Positions 27,097 through 36,581 of a stretch of DNA of 64,000 bases are shown one piece after another. The first letter of the stretch is position 1; the number at the start of each line of letters is the position of its first letter. Under the pieces are notes generated by a model, which was given only the letters and a program-made list of their open reading frames with translations, was not told the origin of the DNA and did no database searches. The position numbers and the translations under genes are program-made. The DNA comes from Deltaproteobacteria bacterium RBG_13_43_22 (lineage in GTDB: Bacteria; Desulfobacterota; RBG-13-43-22), in the NCBI GenBank assembly GCA_001797675.1, contig MGQB01000018.1:30495-94494 (forward strand), written 5' to 3'.

Positions 27097-27342
27097 TTAA
27101 AACTGCGAGGCCGGACTGTTAATCAACGGGCATTCTTGACAGCGTGAAAGGCCTTGAGAGACGAAATAATTGAAAAGATCTTCAACCCTATAGGTCTCAA
27201 ACTTTTTCCGATGGGCGGCCTTTCGTCGTTTGAGACAAGCCTCTTCCGATATCTTCAAATTACCCGGTTGAAAAGGACAATCAATGATTTTGTCCTGGTT
27301 TAAAGAATAGTATTCCTTAATCAACAATTCGGTATGGGTCAT
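27097..27342 (-). CDS. Hypothetical small Cys-containing protein
   Basis: 81-aa ORF with a strong RBS (GAAGGAGGAGTCC-ATG) and Cys residues at C22, C36 and CxxC near the C-terminus. Confidence 0.5.
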   Translation of the reverse strand: MTHTELLIKEYYSLNQDKIIDCPFQPGNLKISEEACLKRRKAAHRKKFETYRVEDLFNYFVSQGLSRCQECPLINSPASQF

Positions 27343-27766
27343 GGACTCCTCCTTCTAACTAATATTCTCCTTTCATTGTTCTTCTGGTTTGACTCGACGT
27401 TTTCTATTTTTTGGTTTCTAACCCATCATTCCCATAGCCGGTCGGTTTGGTTATCAAAAATGGAAAAGTTGGCAATCAGGGCTTCTTGAAGGAAAAGAGA
27501 GTCTGCCTGATCCTTGTTATAAATAAAATTACTTTGCAAAGCCTATGCCATAAAGCTAAAATATTTTTATTTAATTATTATAATGGGTTACCTTTTTAAA
27601 GATCAATCAATAGAGAAGGATTTGCACAATTTAATGTGAATGTGAACAATTTTTTTTCTAACAATCCGCTCAGGGATGGCAGGAAGGAATTCTTCGATCA
27701 TACCCCCCCATTAAGAAGCTTGACAGGACCTTTGATTGTTCCCATAATAAGAATGAAACGGAAGAT

Positions 27767-27887
27767 TCCTTGCACCAAGGTGCTGTCCCGCCGGAAGCGG
27801 GATTCCAGGCAAGGTTAATAATCCCCTCTCTAATCCCGCCAACGGCGGGACAATCACATCGGTGGCCTGACGGGGATGCGCTCGCTG
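27767..27887. repeat. Structured repeat core shared with 56821-56932
   Basis: ccttgcaccaaggtgctgtcccgccggaagcgggattccaggcaagg ... ggggatgcgctcgct. It has nested stems ccttgc/gcaagg and tcccgc/gcggga. Confidence 0.6.
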
Positions 27888-28096
27888 TCTATGGTCTATG
27901 GGGAGCTTTAAAAAATGTTCAATTTTGTTCAAGGTCAAGAAAGACGATAATTTTTTCCACAGGAACACATTTAGTATTTGGAGGTTTAAAATTTGAATTG
28001 GACGTCGAGATTGGGCAAAAGGGGCATTTTTTCAAAGCGCTACTATGATTAAAGGATGGTTAGGGGGATCTACTATATTTTTGAGGAGGTGATTTT

Positions 28097-28222
28097 TTGG
28101 CAAAACATAAAAAGATTGAACGGGTACGGGAAATTGACCGGAGACGGCAACGGCGAGAAAAAAGGAAAAAATTAGCTGCTAAGGCTGGAAGGGAGGCAGC
28201 GGCTGCCGCTCCTCAAGCCTAA
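28097..28222 (+). CDS. Candidate small basic protein (41 aa, TTG start)
   Basis: GAGGAGG RBS 7 nt upstream of TTG. Translates to AKHKKIERVREIDRRRQRREKRKKLAAKAGREAAAAAPQA. It falls below the ORF-track length cutoff. Confidence 0.3.
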   Translation: MAKHKKIERVREIDRRRQRREKRKKLAAKAGREAAAAAPQA

Positions 28223-28232
28223 AATGATACAA

Positions 28233-28336
28233 GGCTGCAGGATGCAAGATGCCGGAGGGACGAGGGATGATTTTTCTAACATCGTCCAAGCGAAGCGGTC
28301 GTCCCTCGTCCTTCGTCCATTTTGCATCCTGCAGCC
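28233..28336. repeat. Heptamer-word hairpin repeat (gagggac/gatgcaa family)
   Basis: GGCTGCA GGATGCA AGATGCC GGAGGGA CGAGGGA TGATTTT pairs with gtcgtccctcgtccttcgtccattttgcatcctgcagcc. Degenerate words continue to about 28430. Confidence 0.7.
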
Positions 28337-28439
28337 TGCATCAGGTATCCGGCATCGGGAATCGTCCCCCATCCTTTCATCCCGTATTCTGAAATCCGAA
28401 ATCCGCAATCGAAAACCGTCCTGCATCTGCCATCAGCCG

Positions 28440-29390
28440 TCATCTCTCATTAACCGTATGCCCATAAGATTCTTCAATCGTTTTTACCAGACGAGTCAGC
28501 AGGACATTGACCGGCACTGGAATCCCATAATCCAAACCTTCCCTCATAACCACCCCATTGATAAAATCGATTTCGGTCTTATTCTTCTTCAGGATATCCT
28601 GGAGCATGGAAGAAACATTGGTACTGGTAAGACGGCAGACTTTTTTGACTTGGGTTAAAGGGTCGGGGTAGATAAACTCAACACCCTTCTTTTGCCCGAC
28701 CAAAATTCCTTCTTGAACTGCCTCCTCTAAAATCTTTAGGGTGCCTGGAAATTCAATAAGTTTCCCGTTCTGTAAATGGGTTAGGGCCGTCAGAGCATTT
28801 ATTCCGATATTGATCAACAGCTTACTCCAGATCAGGTTTTCAATCTTGGGGACCAGTTGGGTGACAAAACCGGACTCGCTTAATAACGCTTTGACTTGGT
28901 TTAATTGTCGGTCACCGGCAGGGTCATCGTCGTCTTTAAAGAATCCATATCCAATAAAGGTATCACCCTGCCCTGCGTGGCGTACATGACCCGGCCCCAG
29001 ATCGGTAGCCCCGTGAGAAGTAATCCCGGCCAGGATTTTTTCTTTTGGAAGATAGTTCCCCAAAATTTCAACGTTGCCCACACCATTCTGAAGGGTTAAT
29101 ACAAAAGGATTCGGACCAATGCCTTGAAGAGTTTCGGCCACGGTACGGGTATCATAGGCCTTGACACAGCAAATGATCACTTCAGTTTGGGACAAATCCG
29201 ACGGATCCAAAGTGGCAGGCACCTTGACTTGAAAGGTTCCTTCAAATCCCTCTAGGATCAAACCCTGGTGATTGAGGATCTCGACCCGCTCTCGGAGGTG
29301 ATCCAAAAGGGTTACTTTATTACCGGCATGGGCGATCTTTCCGGCCAACAGACACCCCATGGCCCCAGGGCCGATTATACCTATTTTCAT
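28440..29390 (-). CDS. panE: 2-dehydropantoate 2-reductase
   Basis: 316 aa with N-terminal Rossmann MKIGIIGPGAMG and an ApbA/PanE-like C-terminal domain. Adjacent to panB. Confidence 0.85.
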   Translation of the reverse strand: MKIGIIGPGAMGCLLAGKIAHAGNKVTLLDHLRERVEILNHQGLILEGFEGTFQVKVPATLDPSDLSQTEVIICCVKAYDTRTVAETLQGIGPNPFVLTLQNGVGNVEILGNYLPKEKILAGITSHGATDLGPGHVRHAGQGDTFIGYGFFKDDDDPAGDRQLNQVKALLSESGFVTQLVPKIENLIWSKLLINIGINALTALTHLQNGKLIEFPGTLKILEEAVQEGILVGQKKGVEFIYPDPLTQVKKVCRLTSTNVSSMLQDILKKNKTEIDFINGVVMREGLDYGIPVPVNVLLTRLVKTIEESYGHTVNER

Positions 29391-29433
29391 CCGCTCTCCA
29401 TTTTAGTCTTACTTGATATTTTTACTATAACTA

Positions 29434-30294
29434 TTATTTTTCTTTATGTATTTTATTAACCATTATTTTACTTAACTCGTCGGCTTCCATAACAAACGTA
29501 TGTTCTGGACCTGGAAATTTTCCGGTTTCAACCTCATTCTTGTAAATTTCAACCGCTTCCTTAATCATTGGGAATAACTTAATGTATTGTTTTACAAATT
29601 TTGGAGTAAATCTTTCAAATAAACCTAACAGGTCGTTGGTAACCAAAACCTGGCCGTCGCATGCCGGACCGGCCCCGATTCCGATAGTAGGAATTTTTAA
29701 AGATTGGGAAATCAGACCGGCCAATTTATCGGGAATACATTCTATAACGATTGAACAAGCCCCGGCTTCTTCCAGGGCCTGGGCCGAATCCAACAACCTC
29801 TGGGCTGAGACCGCATCCTTTCCCTGGACCCTGAAGCCTCCTAATTGACCGGCGGTTTGGGGGGTCAGTCCGATGTGGGCCATAACCGGGATCCCGGCCA
29901 GGGTGATCCTCTTGACTGTTTCGACTACTTCTAATCCCCCTTCTAATTTCACCGCATCGCACCCGGCCTCTTTCATGAATCGCCCGGCGTTTCTGATCGC
30001 CTCTTCCCGACTGATGTTATAGGACATAAAAGGCATGTCACCAACTAAAAAAGCATAGCGCACTCCTCGGCGAACCGCTTTGCAATGATGGATCATCTCA
30101 TCCATGGTCACCGGAACGGTGGACTCATACCCTAAAACCACCATGCCCGCAGAATCGCCCACCAGGATCATATCTATTCCGACCTGGTCAATAAAAGAGG
30201 CCATGGCAAAATCATAGGCGGTTAACATGGTGATTTTTTTGCCTTCTTTTTTTTTACCCATCAAATCTTGAATAGTAACCTTCTTTCGTTCCAT
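29434..30294 (-). CDS. panB: 3-methyl-2-oxobutanoate hydroxymethyltransferase
   Basis: 286 aa with ITMLTAYD and LVGDSAGMV motifs typical of PanB. Confidence 0.9.
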   Translation of the reverse strand: MERKKVTIQDLMGKKKEGKKITMLTAYDFAMASFIDQVGIDMILVGDSAGMVVLGYESTVPVTMDEMIHHCKAVRRGVRYAFLVGDMPFMSYNISREEAIRNAGRFMKEAGCDAVKLEGGLEVVETVKRITLAGIPVMAHIGLTPQTAGQLGGFRVQGKDAVSAQRLLDSAQALEEAGACSIVIECIPDKLAGLISQSLKIPTIGIGAGPACDGQVLVTNDLLGLFERFTPKFVKQYIKLFPMIKEAVEIYKNEVETGKFPGPEHTFVMEADELSKIMVNKIHKEK

Positions 30295-30502
30295 AACTCC
30301 CTCCTGATCGATTGGAAAAACCAGTCGATGTTCAAAAGTTCTTTGTTCGAAGTTCGAAGTTTGGGGTATTGAAGTTTTCCTCCGAACGGATCACTAATTA
30401 CTCCGAACTGGTGTCCAAAAAAAACCCCCGGACATAGTCCAGGGGTCTTTGAATTTCGTTTCCCCGTCCCAGTCCATCTGGTGGATCCAAGCGGTTAAAA
30501 AT

Positions 30503-30570
30503 CTTTTGCGAGTTTAAGGTTACCTGTTTCGGGTTAAAAAATTATTAACCCCGCAACTCGTAACCCGTAA
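30503..30570. repeat. Heptamer-word repeat (gttacgg/ccgtaac family)
   Basis: ttaaccccgcaactcgtaacccgtaac with partial complement upstream. Related to 53921-54001. Confidence 0.5.
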
Positions 30571-30577
30571 CTTTATT

Positions 30578-31468
30578 TTAAACGCCCGCCGCCACCTTGG
30601 CGGCCTTGACCGTATTCTTCATCAACATGGTGATGGTCATTGGTCCCACTCCGCCCGGTACCGGGGTTATCAACCCGGCCTTTTCCTTCACCGGTTCAAA
30701 ATCAACATCTCCGGCCAGGATGGCCTTGCCTGATTCGCTCATCCCAATCCTATTGACACCCACGTCAATAACCGCTGCTCCTTCTTTAACCCAGTCGGCT
30801 TTGACATATTTGGGCACGCCTGCGGCTACAATCAGGATATCGGCCCGTCGGCAGTGTTCGATCATCTTTTCCGGAGGTGTACCGGTATGGACTATGGTCA
30901 CCGTAGAATTAGCCCCATCTTTTTTCTGCAGCATGATATTGGCAATGGGTTTCCCGACGATATTGGAACGCCCAACCACCACCAGCTCGGCGCCCTTGGT
31001 CTTGACACCGGAACGGACCAGGAGCTCTTGAATCCCAGCCGGTGTACAGGGAAGATAATCGGCCTCTCCGATCATCAGTTTGCCTACATTGACCGGATGG
31101 AATCCGTCCACATCCTTTTTGGGATCAATGGCGTAGAGGACATTGGTCTCGTTAACATGTTTGGGAAGGGGTAACTGTACCAGGATCCCGTGAATCTTTG
31201 CATCCTTATTATACTGGTCTATCAAGGCCAAAAGGGCTGCTTCGCTGATGTCGGCCGGTTGATTGTCCTGGATGGAATAGAACCCTAATTCTTTGGCTGT
31301 TTTTTGTTTTCCGGTTACATAGCTGACCGAGGCTGGATTTTCACCAACCAGGATAGTCACCAATCCAGGGACAATCCCCGTCTTAGCCTTTAACTGGTCC
31401 ACTTCCCGTTTAAGTTCTTCTCGAATTTGTTTGGCCACTTCAGCGCCGCTGATAATCTTTGCTGCCAT
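30578..31468 (-). CDS. folD: Bifunctional methylene-THF dehydrogenase / methenyl-THF cyclohydrolase
   Basis: 296 aa with LVQLPLP, GFHP.N.G and VVGRSNIVGKP motifs. Confidence 0.9.
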   Translation of the reverse strand: MAAKIISGAEVAKQIREELKREVDQLKAKTGIVPGLVTILVGENPASVSYVTGKQKTAKELGFYSIQDNQPADISEAALLALIDQYNKDAKIHGILVQLPLPKHVNETNVLYAIDPKKDVDGFHPVNVGKLMIGEADYLPCTPAGIQELLVRSGVKTKGAELVVVGRSNIVGKPIANIMLQKKDGANSTVTIVHTGTPPEKMIEHCRRADILIVAAGVPKYVKADWVKEGAAVIDVGVNRIGMSESGKAILAGDVDFEPVKEKAGLITPVPGGVGPMTITMLMKNTVKAAKVAAGV

Positions 31469-31650
31469 GCCTATCTCCTTTCCCCTTTGAATAAAATAAA
31501 TTGACGTTACCTAAACCTAAAGTGATAAATTTGCAACAATCGACCAAGTTGGCTCTTGTGCTTAATTTATTTTTTATTATCAAATTATTAGCCTTTGCGT
31601 CAACAAAAATATGATTTACTCTCCTGCCAAATTATGCTATTAAATAAATT

Positions 31651-31989
31651 ATGAGACTTATATTAATCAAGTGGTTCATCAATGCCCTGGCCATTTATGT
31701 TACTTCCTATCTGGTCAAGGGAATCGAGTTCACCGGAGCCGCGGCCCTGATTATGGCCGCCGCTTTGCTGGGTATACTGAACGCCCTTATTCGTCCCATC
31801 CTGATCATCCTGACTTTGCCGATCAATATCCTTACCTTAGGGCTTTTTACCCTGATCATCAACGGCGGCATGCTCTGGTTCGTCTCCCTCTTAATAAAAG
31901 GGTTTATCATTCAAGGTTTTTGGCCGGCGGTAATCGGGGCCTTGATGATCAGTATTGTCAGTTGGATAATCAATTGGGTGATACGCTAA
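31651..31989 (+). CDS. DUF360 / phage-holin-4-family membrane protein (YvlD-like)
   Basis: 112 aa with four hydrophobic helices. Preferred over the overlapping non-hydrophobic frame 31671-32036. Confidence 0.7.
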   Translation: MRLILIKWFINALAIYVTSYLVKGIEFTGAAALIMAAALLGILNALIRPILIILTLPINILTLGLFTLIINGGMLWFVSLLIKGFIIQGFWPAVIGALMISIVSWIINWVIR

Positions 31990-32002
31990 CCATAATAAAG
32001 AA

Positions 32003-32115
32003 ACCGGATATCGGATGCCGGATTGAATGCAAATGAGGGACGAAAGACGATGGACGATTTTTCATCCCTCGTCTTAGCGATGCGATTGTCCCTCGTCCAT
32101 CAGGCATCTAACATC
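32003..32115. repeat. Heptamer-word hairpin repeat (gagggac family)
   Basis: GGATATC GGATGCC GGATTGA ATGCAAA TGAGGGA CGAAAGA CGATGGA CGATTTT followed by the complementary catccctcgtc...gtccctcgtccatc. Confidence 0.65.
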
Positions 32116-32128
32116 TTCGAGAGGACTC

Positions 32129-33211
32129 ATGGCTCAGATAGACGCTTTCTTTAAACTAATGAATGAGCAAGGGGCATCGGATCTTCACCTGTCTTCCGGC
32201 TCACAGCCGATCCTTCGGATTCGCGGAGAATTGGAACGAATAAAATATAATGTCCTTGAGAACGACGAACTGAAAACCCTTCTCTACGAAATCACCCCGG
32301 AGGAAAAAATCAAACAATTTGAAGAGACGGGGGATTTGGATTTCGCTTATGAAATTCCCGGATTGGCCCGGTATCGAGTCAACTTCTTCCGCCAGCTTTA
32401 CGGGGTTGGTGCGGTTTTCCGGGAGATCCCAAGTAAAATTGCAACGGTAGAAGAATTAGGGCTTCCCATGGTCATTAAGCGGCTGGCCTTATTACCCAAG
32501 GGGTTGGTCCTGGTTACCGGTCCGACCGGCAGCGGAAAATCAACCACCTTGGCGGCTATCATCGACCATGCCAACCGTTCCCGTAAGGATCACATTTTAA
32601 CCATAGAAGACCCTATCGAATTTGTGCATCCCAATATTAATTGCACGATCAATTACCGGGAAATCGGACGTCATACCCGATCGTTTGCCGCTGCCCTCAG
32701 AGGAGCCTTAAGGGAAGACCCCGATATTATTCTGGTAGGGGAGATGAGAGACCTGGAAACGGTTTCCCTGGCCGTTGAAGCAGCGGAAACCGGCCATCTG
32801 GTTTTTGCTACCGTGCACACGATAAGTGCCTCGAAGACCGTCGACCGGATTATTGAAGTCTTCCCCGCGGATCAACAGGCTCAGATTCGGGCTACGCTGG
32901 CTGATGCCATTCGGGCTGTTATCTCCCAGACCCTTTTTAAGCGAATCGACCGAAAAGAAAGAATAGCGGCGCTGGAAATCATGATCGCCACCCATGCTGT
33001 GCGTAATTTGATCCGGGAAGGAAAAACCTATCAAATTCCATCGGTCATTCAAACCGGGAAAAAATATGGCATGCAATCCTTGGATGATGCTATAATGGAT
33101 TATTTAAAAAAAGGGTGGATTTCCGGAGAAGAGGCCTATAATAAGTGCATTGCTAAAGAAAAATTTAAACCTTTTATGGGAGATTTAGTCACCGATTTTA
33201 CGGAAATATGA
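32129..33211 (+). CDS. pilT: Type IV pilus retraction ATPase
   Basis: 360 aa with Walker A GPTGSGKST, Asp box, Walker B ILVGEMRD, and a His box with AHLVFATVHT-like sequence. Confidence 0.9.
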   Translation: MAQIDAFFKLMNEQGASDLHLSSGSQPILRIRGELERIKYNVLENDELKTLLYEITPEEKIKQFEETGDLDFAYEIPGLARYRVNFFRQLYGVGAVFREIPSKIATVEELGLPMVIKRLALLPKGLVLVTGPTGSGKSTTLAAIIDHANRSRKDHILTIEDPIEFVHPNINCTINYREIGRHTRSFAAALRGALREDPDIILVGEMRDLETVSLAVEAAETGHLVFATVHTISASKTVDRIIEVFPADQQAQIRATLADAIRAVISQTLFKRIDRKERIAALEIMIATHAVRNLIREGKTYQIPSVIQTGKKYGMQSLDDAIMDYLKKGWISGEEAYNKCIAKEKFKPFMGDLVTDFTEI

Positions 33212-33216
33212 TAAGA

Positions 33217-33296
33217 AACTGAAAGTTCAAAGCTCAAGGCATAAAGTAACTGCAACTACCCTATTGAAGAAAGGTTTTTCCTTTGAGCTTTTAGCT
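33217..33296. repeat. Heptamer-word hairpin repeat (gctcaaa family)
   Basis: AGTTCAA AGCTCAA GGCATAA ... cctttgagcttttagc, occupying the pilT/pilU spacer. Confidence 0.55.
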
Positions 33297-33316
33297 AATA
33301 ATTATGGAATATTTTT

Positions 33317-34483
33317 ATGCGCCTAGCTGAACTTGATTTCATCCTATCCAAAATCGTTGAGCATTTTCCTCAAATTTCGGATATTAATATGACGGTCGGC
33401 CGCCCCTTCCAGGTAGAGGTTCATGGAAACCTCGTACCCGTTCATTTAAATTTATCCACCAAAGTGTTAACACCATTTCAGACAGAGGCGATTGCCCTGA
33501 ATCTTCTACGTTCGGACCCCAGAAAAATTGAAACTCTGCTCAAAGAAGGTTCCTGCGACTTATCCCATTCCATCCAGGATAAGGTGCGCTTCCGGGTCAG
33601 TGTTTTTTCTCAAAAAAATAATTATAGTATCATCATGCGCAAACTGCCGATCGAGATTCCCACTATTGAGCAATTGGGCTTGCCCTCGGTTTTTAAAAAA
33701 ATGGCCCGGGACAAAAACGGGATTATCCTGTTCACCGGTGCTACCGGAACCGGAAAAACCACTTCTTTAGCGGCCATTCTTGATGCCATCAACGAGAGCG
33801 AACCAGTGCATGTCATCACCCTGGAAGATCCGGTTGAATTGGTTCATTCCCATAAAAAGGCCACTTTTAATCAACGGGAATTAGGGGCCGATTTTGATTC
33901 TTTTGCCCATGGACTGCGGGCCGCCTTGCGGCAAGCCCCCAAAGTCATCCTGGTGGGAGAAATCAGAGACCGGGAGACCATGGAAATCGCTTTAACCGCC
34001 GCTGAAACCGGCCATTTGGTTCTCAGCACCCTCCATACGGTCGATGCCACACAAACTTTGAACCGCGTTCTAGGCTTTTTCGATCAGGAAGAAGAAAGAC
34101 AAATTCGGATTCGTTTGTCCGGAGCCCTTCGCTGGATAATAAGCCAAAGGCTCCTCCCTCGAGTCGATCAGGGGCGCGTGGCTGTTTTTGAGATCATGGT
34201 CAATAATATTCGGGTTCAAGATCTGATCCTGCACGGGGAATCGGAAGATAAAACCTTCTATGAAATTATAGAGACCAGTCAGCCCTTTGGGTGTCAAACC
34301 TTCGATCAGGATATCATTTCGAAATTCCAGCAGGGTCTCATTTCCGAAGAGACGTCCATGCTCTTCGCCTCCAGGCGGGCCATCGTTCAACGTGGACTGG
34401 ACCAGATTAAAAGCCGTCGAGGTGAAAAAACTACCGATATCGAAGGTCTTGCTCTGGATAATGAATATCAGAAACAATTCTAA
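33317..34483 (+). CDS. pilU: PilT/PilU-family type IV pilus ATPase paralogue
   Basis: 388 aa with Walker A GATGTGKTT, ILVGEIRD and GHLVLSTLHT. Confidence 0.75.
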   Translation: MRLAELDFILSKIVEHFPQISDINMTVGRPFQVEVHGNLVPVHLNLSTKVLTPFQTEAIALNLLRSDPRKIETLLKEGSCDLSHSIQDKVRFRVSVFSQKNNYSIIMRKLPIEIPTIEQLGLPSVFKKMARDKNGIILFTGATGTGKTTSLAAILDAINESEPVHVITLEDPVELVHSHKKATFNQRELGADFDSFAHGLRAALRQAPKVILVGEIRDRETMEIALTAAETGHLVLSTLHTVDATQTLNRVLGFFDQEEERQIRIRLSGALRWIISQRLLPRVDQGRVAVFEIMVNNIRVQDLILHGESEDKTFYEIIETSQPFGCQTFDQDIISKFQQGLISEETSMLFASRRAIVQRGLDQIKSRRGEKTTDIEGLALDNEYQKQF

Positions 34484-34504
34484 TGAATCAGGAAGAATCA
34501 CTTC

Positions 34505-34972
34505 ATGAGCCGACTGTGGACAGGATCAGAAAATAATCCTTTTGCGGATCGAACGGTTTTGGTTGCCTGTCAATCCCCTTGGGTTGAACCTCTAACCAAG
34601 ACCATTCGTGAGGAAGCCGGACAGCCCTTAATCGTTAAAAAAATGGAGGAGGTATTTCCCATTCTTCAATTTGGCCAACCTGAATGGTTTATCCTTTCAG
34701 AAGGTTTTGATGCCGATCCTTCCCAGTCAAACCCTTTGCTGGAATATTTGCAAAATATGCCTACAGGACAAAGAAGAGAAATTTTTTTAGTCTGGATCGG
34801 TACCAATATCAAGTCCGGAGATATCCTGTCTGCCTTTTCTTATAGTGTGAATTTAGTGATTCATCCCGACCAACTTTCGGAAATCGCCAAACAGATAAAA
34901 AAATCATGGTTGATGTGGAGGGATCTATACCAGGTTTTTGTTCAAATCCGTCTGCGAACGACCGGCTATTAA
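34505..34972 (+). CDS. Hypothetical protein
   Basis: 155-aa ORF, 21 nt downstream of pilU and co-directional. No recognised motif. Confidence 0.5.
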   Translation: MSRLWTGSENNPFADRTVLVACQSPWVEPLTKTIREEAGQPLIVKKMEEVFPILQFGQPEWFILSEGFDADPSQSNPLLEYLQNMPTGQRREIFLVWIGTNIKSGDILSAFSYSVNLVIHPDQLSEIAKQIKKSWLMWRDLYQVFVQIRLRTTGY

Positions 34973-34982
34973 CTCAATTCCG

Positions 34983-35258
34983 ATGAATATAAAAACCCAA
35001 CAACGGCAGCTCCGTTTACAAAATTGCCTCCAGACCATCCTGGAAGTGCATGAGTTTATGGGAGGACAGGCAATACACTTGGATATCATTCATCAATTGG
35101 AAAATCTGAGAGCATTGATAACCCATTTTCAGCCCGAACAGCTCAGCGAACAGGACCTGAAAAAGATTGAAGAATCCACCAATCATCTCCTTCGGGAATT
35201 GGCTAAGATTTTCCACATTAAAAAATTAGGCATGCTCTATGGCGGGAATTATCATTGA
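34983..35258 (+). CDS. Hypothetical helical protein
   Basis: 91 aa from the internal ATG (MNIKTQQ...). The longer track ORF (34938) overlaps the previous gene. Confidence 0.45.
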   Translation: MNIKTQQRQLRLQNCLQTILEVHEFMGGQAIHLDIIHQLENLRALITHFQPEQLSEQDLKKIEESTNHLLRELAKIFHIKKLGMLYGGNYH

Positions 35259-35267
35259 ATTATTGCC

Positions 35268-35364
35268 GGTTGCGGTTTTTAGATTTCGGAATACAAAAAG
35301 ACACGGGATGAAAGACGAAGGATGATTTTTTTTACCCCGCATTCCGAAATTCGCAATCCGAAAT
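35268..35364. repeat. Heptamer-word hairpin repeat (mosaic of the cgaaat and gatgaaag words)
   Basis: atttcggaat / attccgaaat arms. The core gggatgaaagacgaaggatg matches the reverse complement of the tail of the 28233 element. Confidence 0.6.
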
Positions 35365-35366
35365 GG

Positions 35367-36050
35367 TCAACCCCACCGGGTTTTATAACCGCAAACCTGA
35401 TCGGCCTCGATCATAAGCGTATTTAAGCGTCTCTCAACCTCCAGCCGCAAAGCCTCCATCTCCATTTCGGTGGACTCTTTAGGCACATTCAGGGGAGAGC
35501 CATAAGAGATAACCACTTCGCTGAAGGGCCAGGGGATCATGGTCTTGTCCCAGGTCTTTTCAAGCGTTACCGCCCGTCGGGCTGACCAGATGAAGGGAAG
35601 CAAAGGGACACCGGTTTTTTGGGACAACACCAGGAGACCCTTCTTGGCCTTATAACGAGGTCCTTGGGGTCCATCTAACACGGTGGAACAAGCCCGGTTC
35701 CCTTCTTTTAAATATCTGATCATTTGGATCAAGGCTTTTTCCCCTCCCCGTTTGGAAGAACCCCTTACCGGAATAACGCCGCATTTCTGGGCAAACCGGG
35801 CCAGATATTCACCATCCCGACTTTGACTGAACATAATCATGGGGTGAAACGGACCATAATAATAGCAGGAAAAAATGGAGGTCCGATGCCAGGTAACACC
35901 GATAACTTGGCGGGATCCTAAGAAGAACTCCTTATAAAGTTCCTCATGCAACATCCTTATACGACAGGTCCTGAACCAGGCTTTGAATAAAAGGTGAGCA
36001 AAGCTAATCAGGGCGCCCGTACCCCATTGCAGTGGCAAGGTCAGACCCAT
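35367..36050 (-). CDS. DUF374-family lysophospholipid acyltransferase-like protein
   Basis: 227 aa with SQSRDGE and GPQGPRY motifs typical of DUF374/LPLAT-like proteins. Confidence 0.65.
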   Translation of the reverse strand: MGLTLPLQWGTGALISFAHLLFKAWFRTCRIRMLHEELYKEFFLGSRQVIGVTWHRTSIFSCYYYGPFHPMIMFSQSRDGEYLARFAQKCGVIPVRGSSKRGGEKALIQMIRYLKEGNRACSTVLDGPQGPRYKAKKGLLVLSQKTGVPLLPFIWSARRAVTLEKTWDKTMIPWPFSEVVISYGSPLNVPKESTEMEMEALRLEVERRLNTLMIEADQVCGYKTRWG

Positions 36051-36056
36051 TTTGGT

Positions 36057-36467
36057 CTAATGTTCTCCCTTGGGGAAAGGGATTTTATGAAATTCCACCC
36101 CTTCTTCTTTTAATACTTTTTCCTCATCGGCCGTCGAAGTCCCTCGGATATTTCGTTTATCGGCAACCCCATAGTGGATTTTTAAGGCCTCTTTGGCAAA
36201 TTCGGTCCCCACCTCTTCGAAATTCTCTTCAATATATTTATAAAAATGCCGTAATTGCTTAGTTGGACTGTCAACCGCTTCGTTCTCGTTGGAAAGGCGA
36301 GAGGAGCGTTTAATGGCTACGGGGGACAAGACTTGGTTGACCTGATTATCATCACAAACCGGGCATCGGATTTCACCGTTCCTCTTTTGTTGGTAAAAGG
36401 TTTCTGTATTCGAAAACCAGCCTTCGAAAAAATGATCATTGGCACAACGTAAATCAAGAACCATCAT
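36057..36467 (-). CDS. DUF1178-family zinc-ribbon protein
   Basis: N-terminus LRCANDHFFEGWF...CPVC is typical of DUF1178. Confidence 0.65.
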   Translation of the reverse strand: MMVLDLRCANDHFFEGWFSNTETFYQQKRNGEIRCPVCDDNQVNQVLSPVAIKRSSRLSNENEAVDSPTKQLRHFYKYIEENFEEVGTEFAKEALKIHYGVADKRNIRGTSTADEEKVLKEEGVEFHKIPFPKGEH

Positions 36468-36581
36468 AATATTATGTTGTTTCTCCTCATTGCAAGGGGT
36501 CGAGGATTTCAGTGAAATACTTAAGGCAGAAAAATATTTTCCTTCGACCTCTTGACTCCCGGCCCCCTCGAGTCCTGTTTT

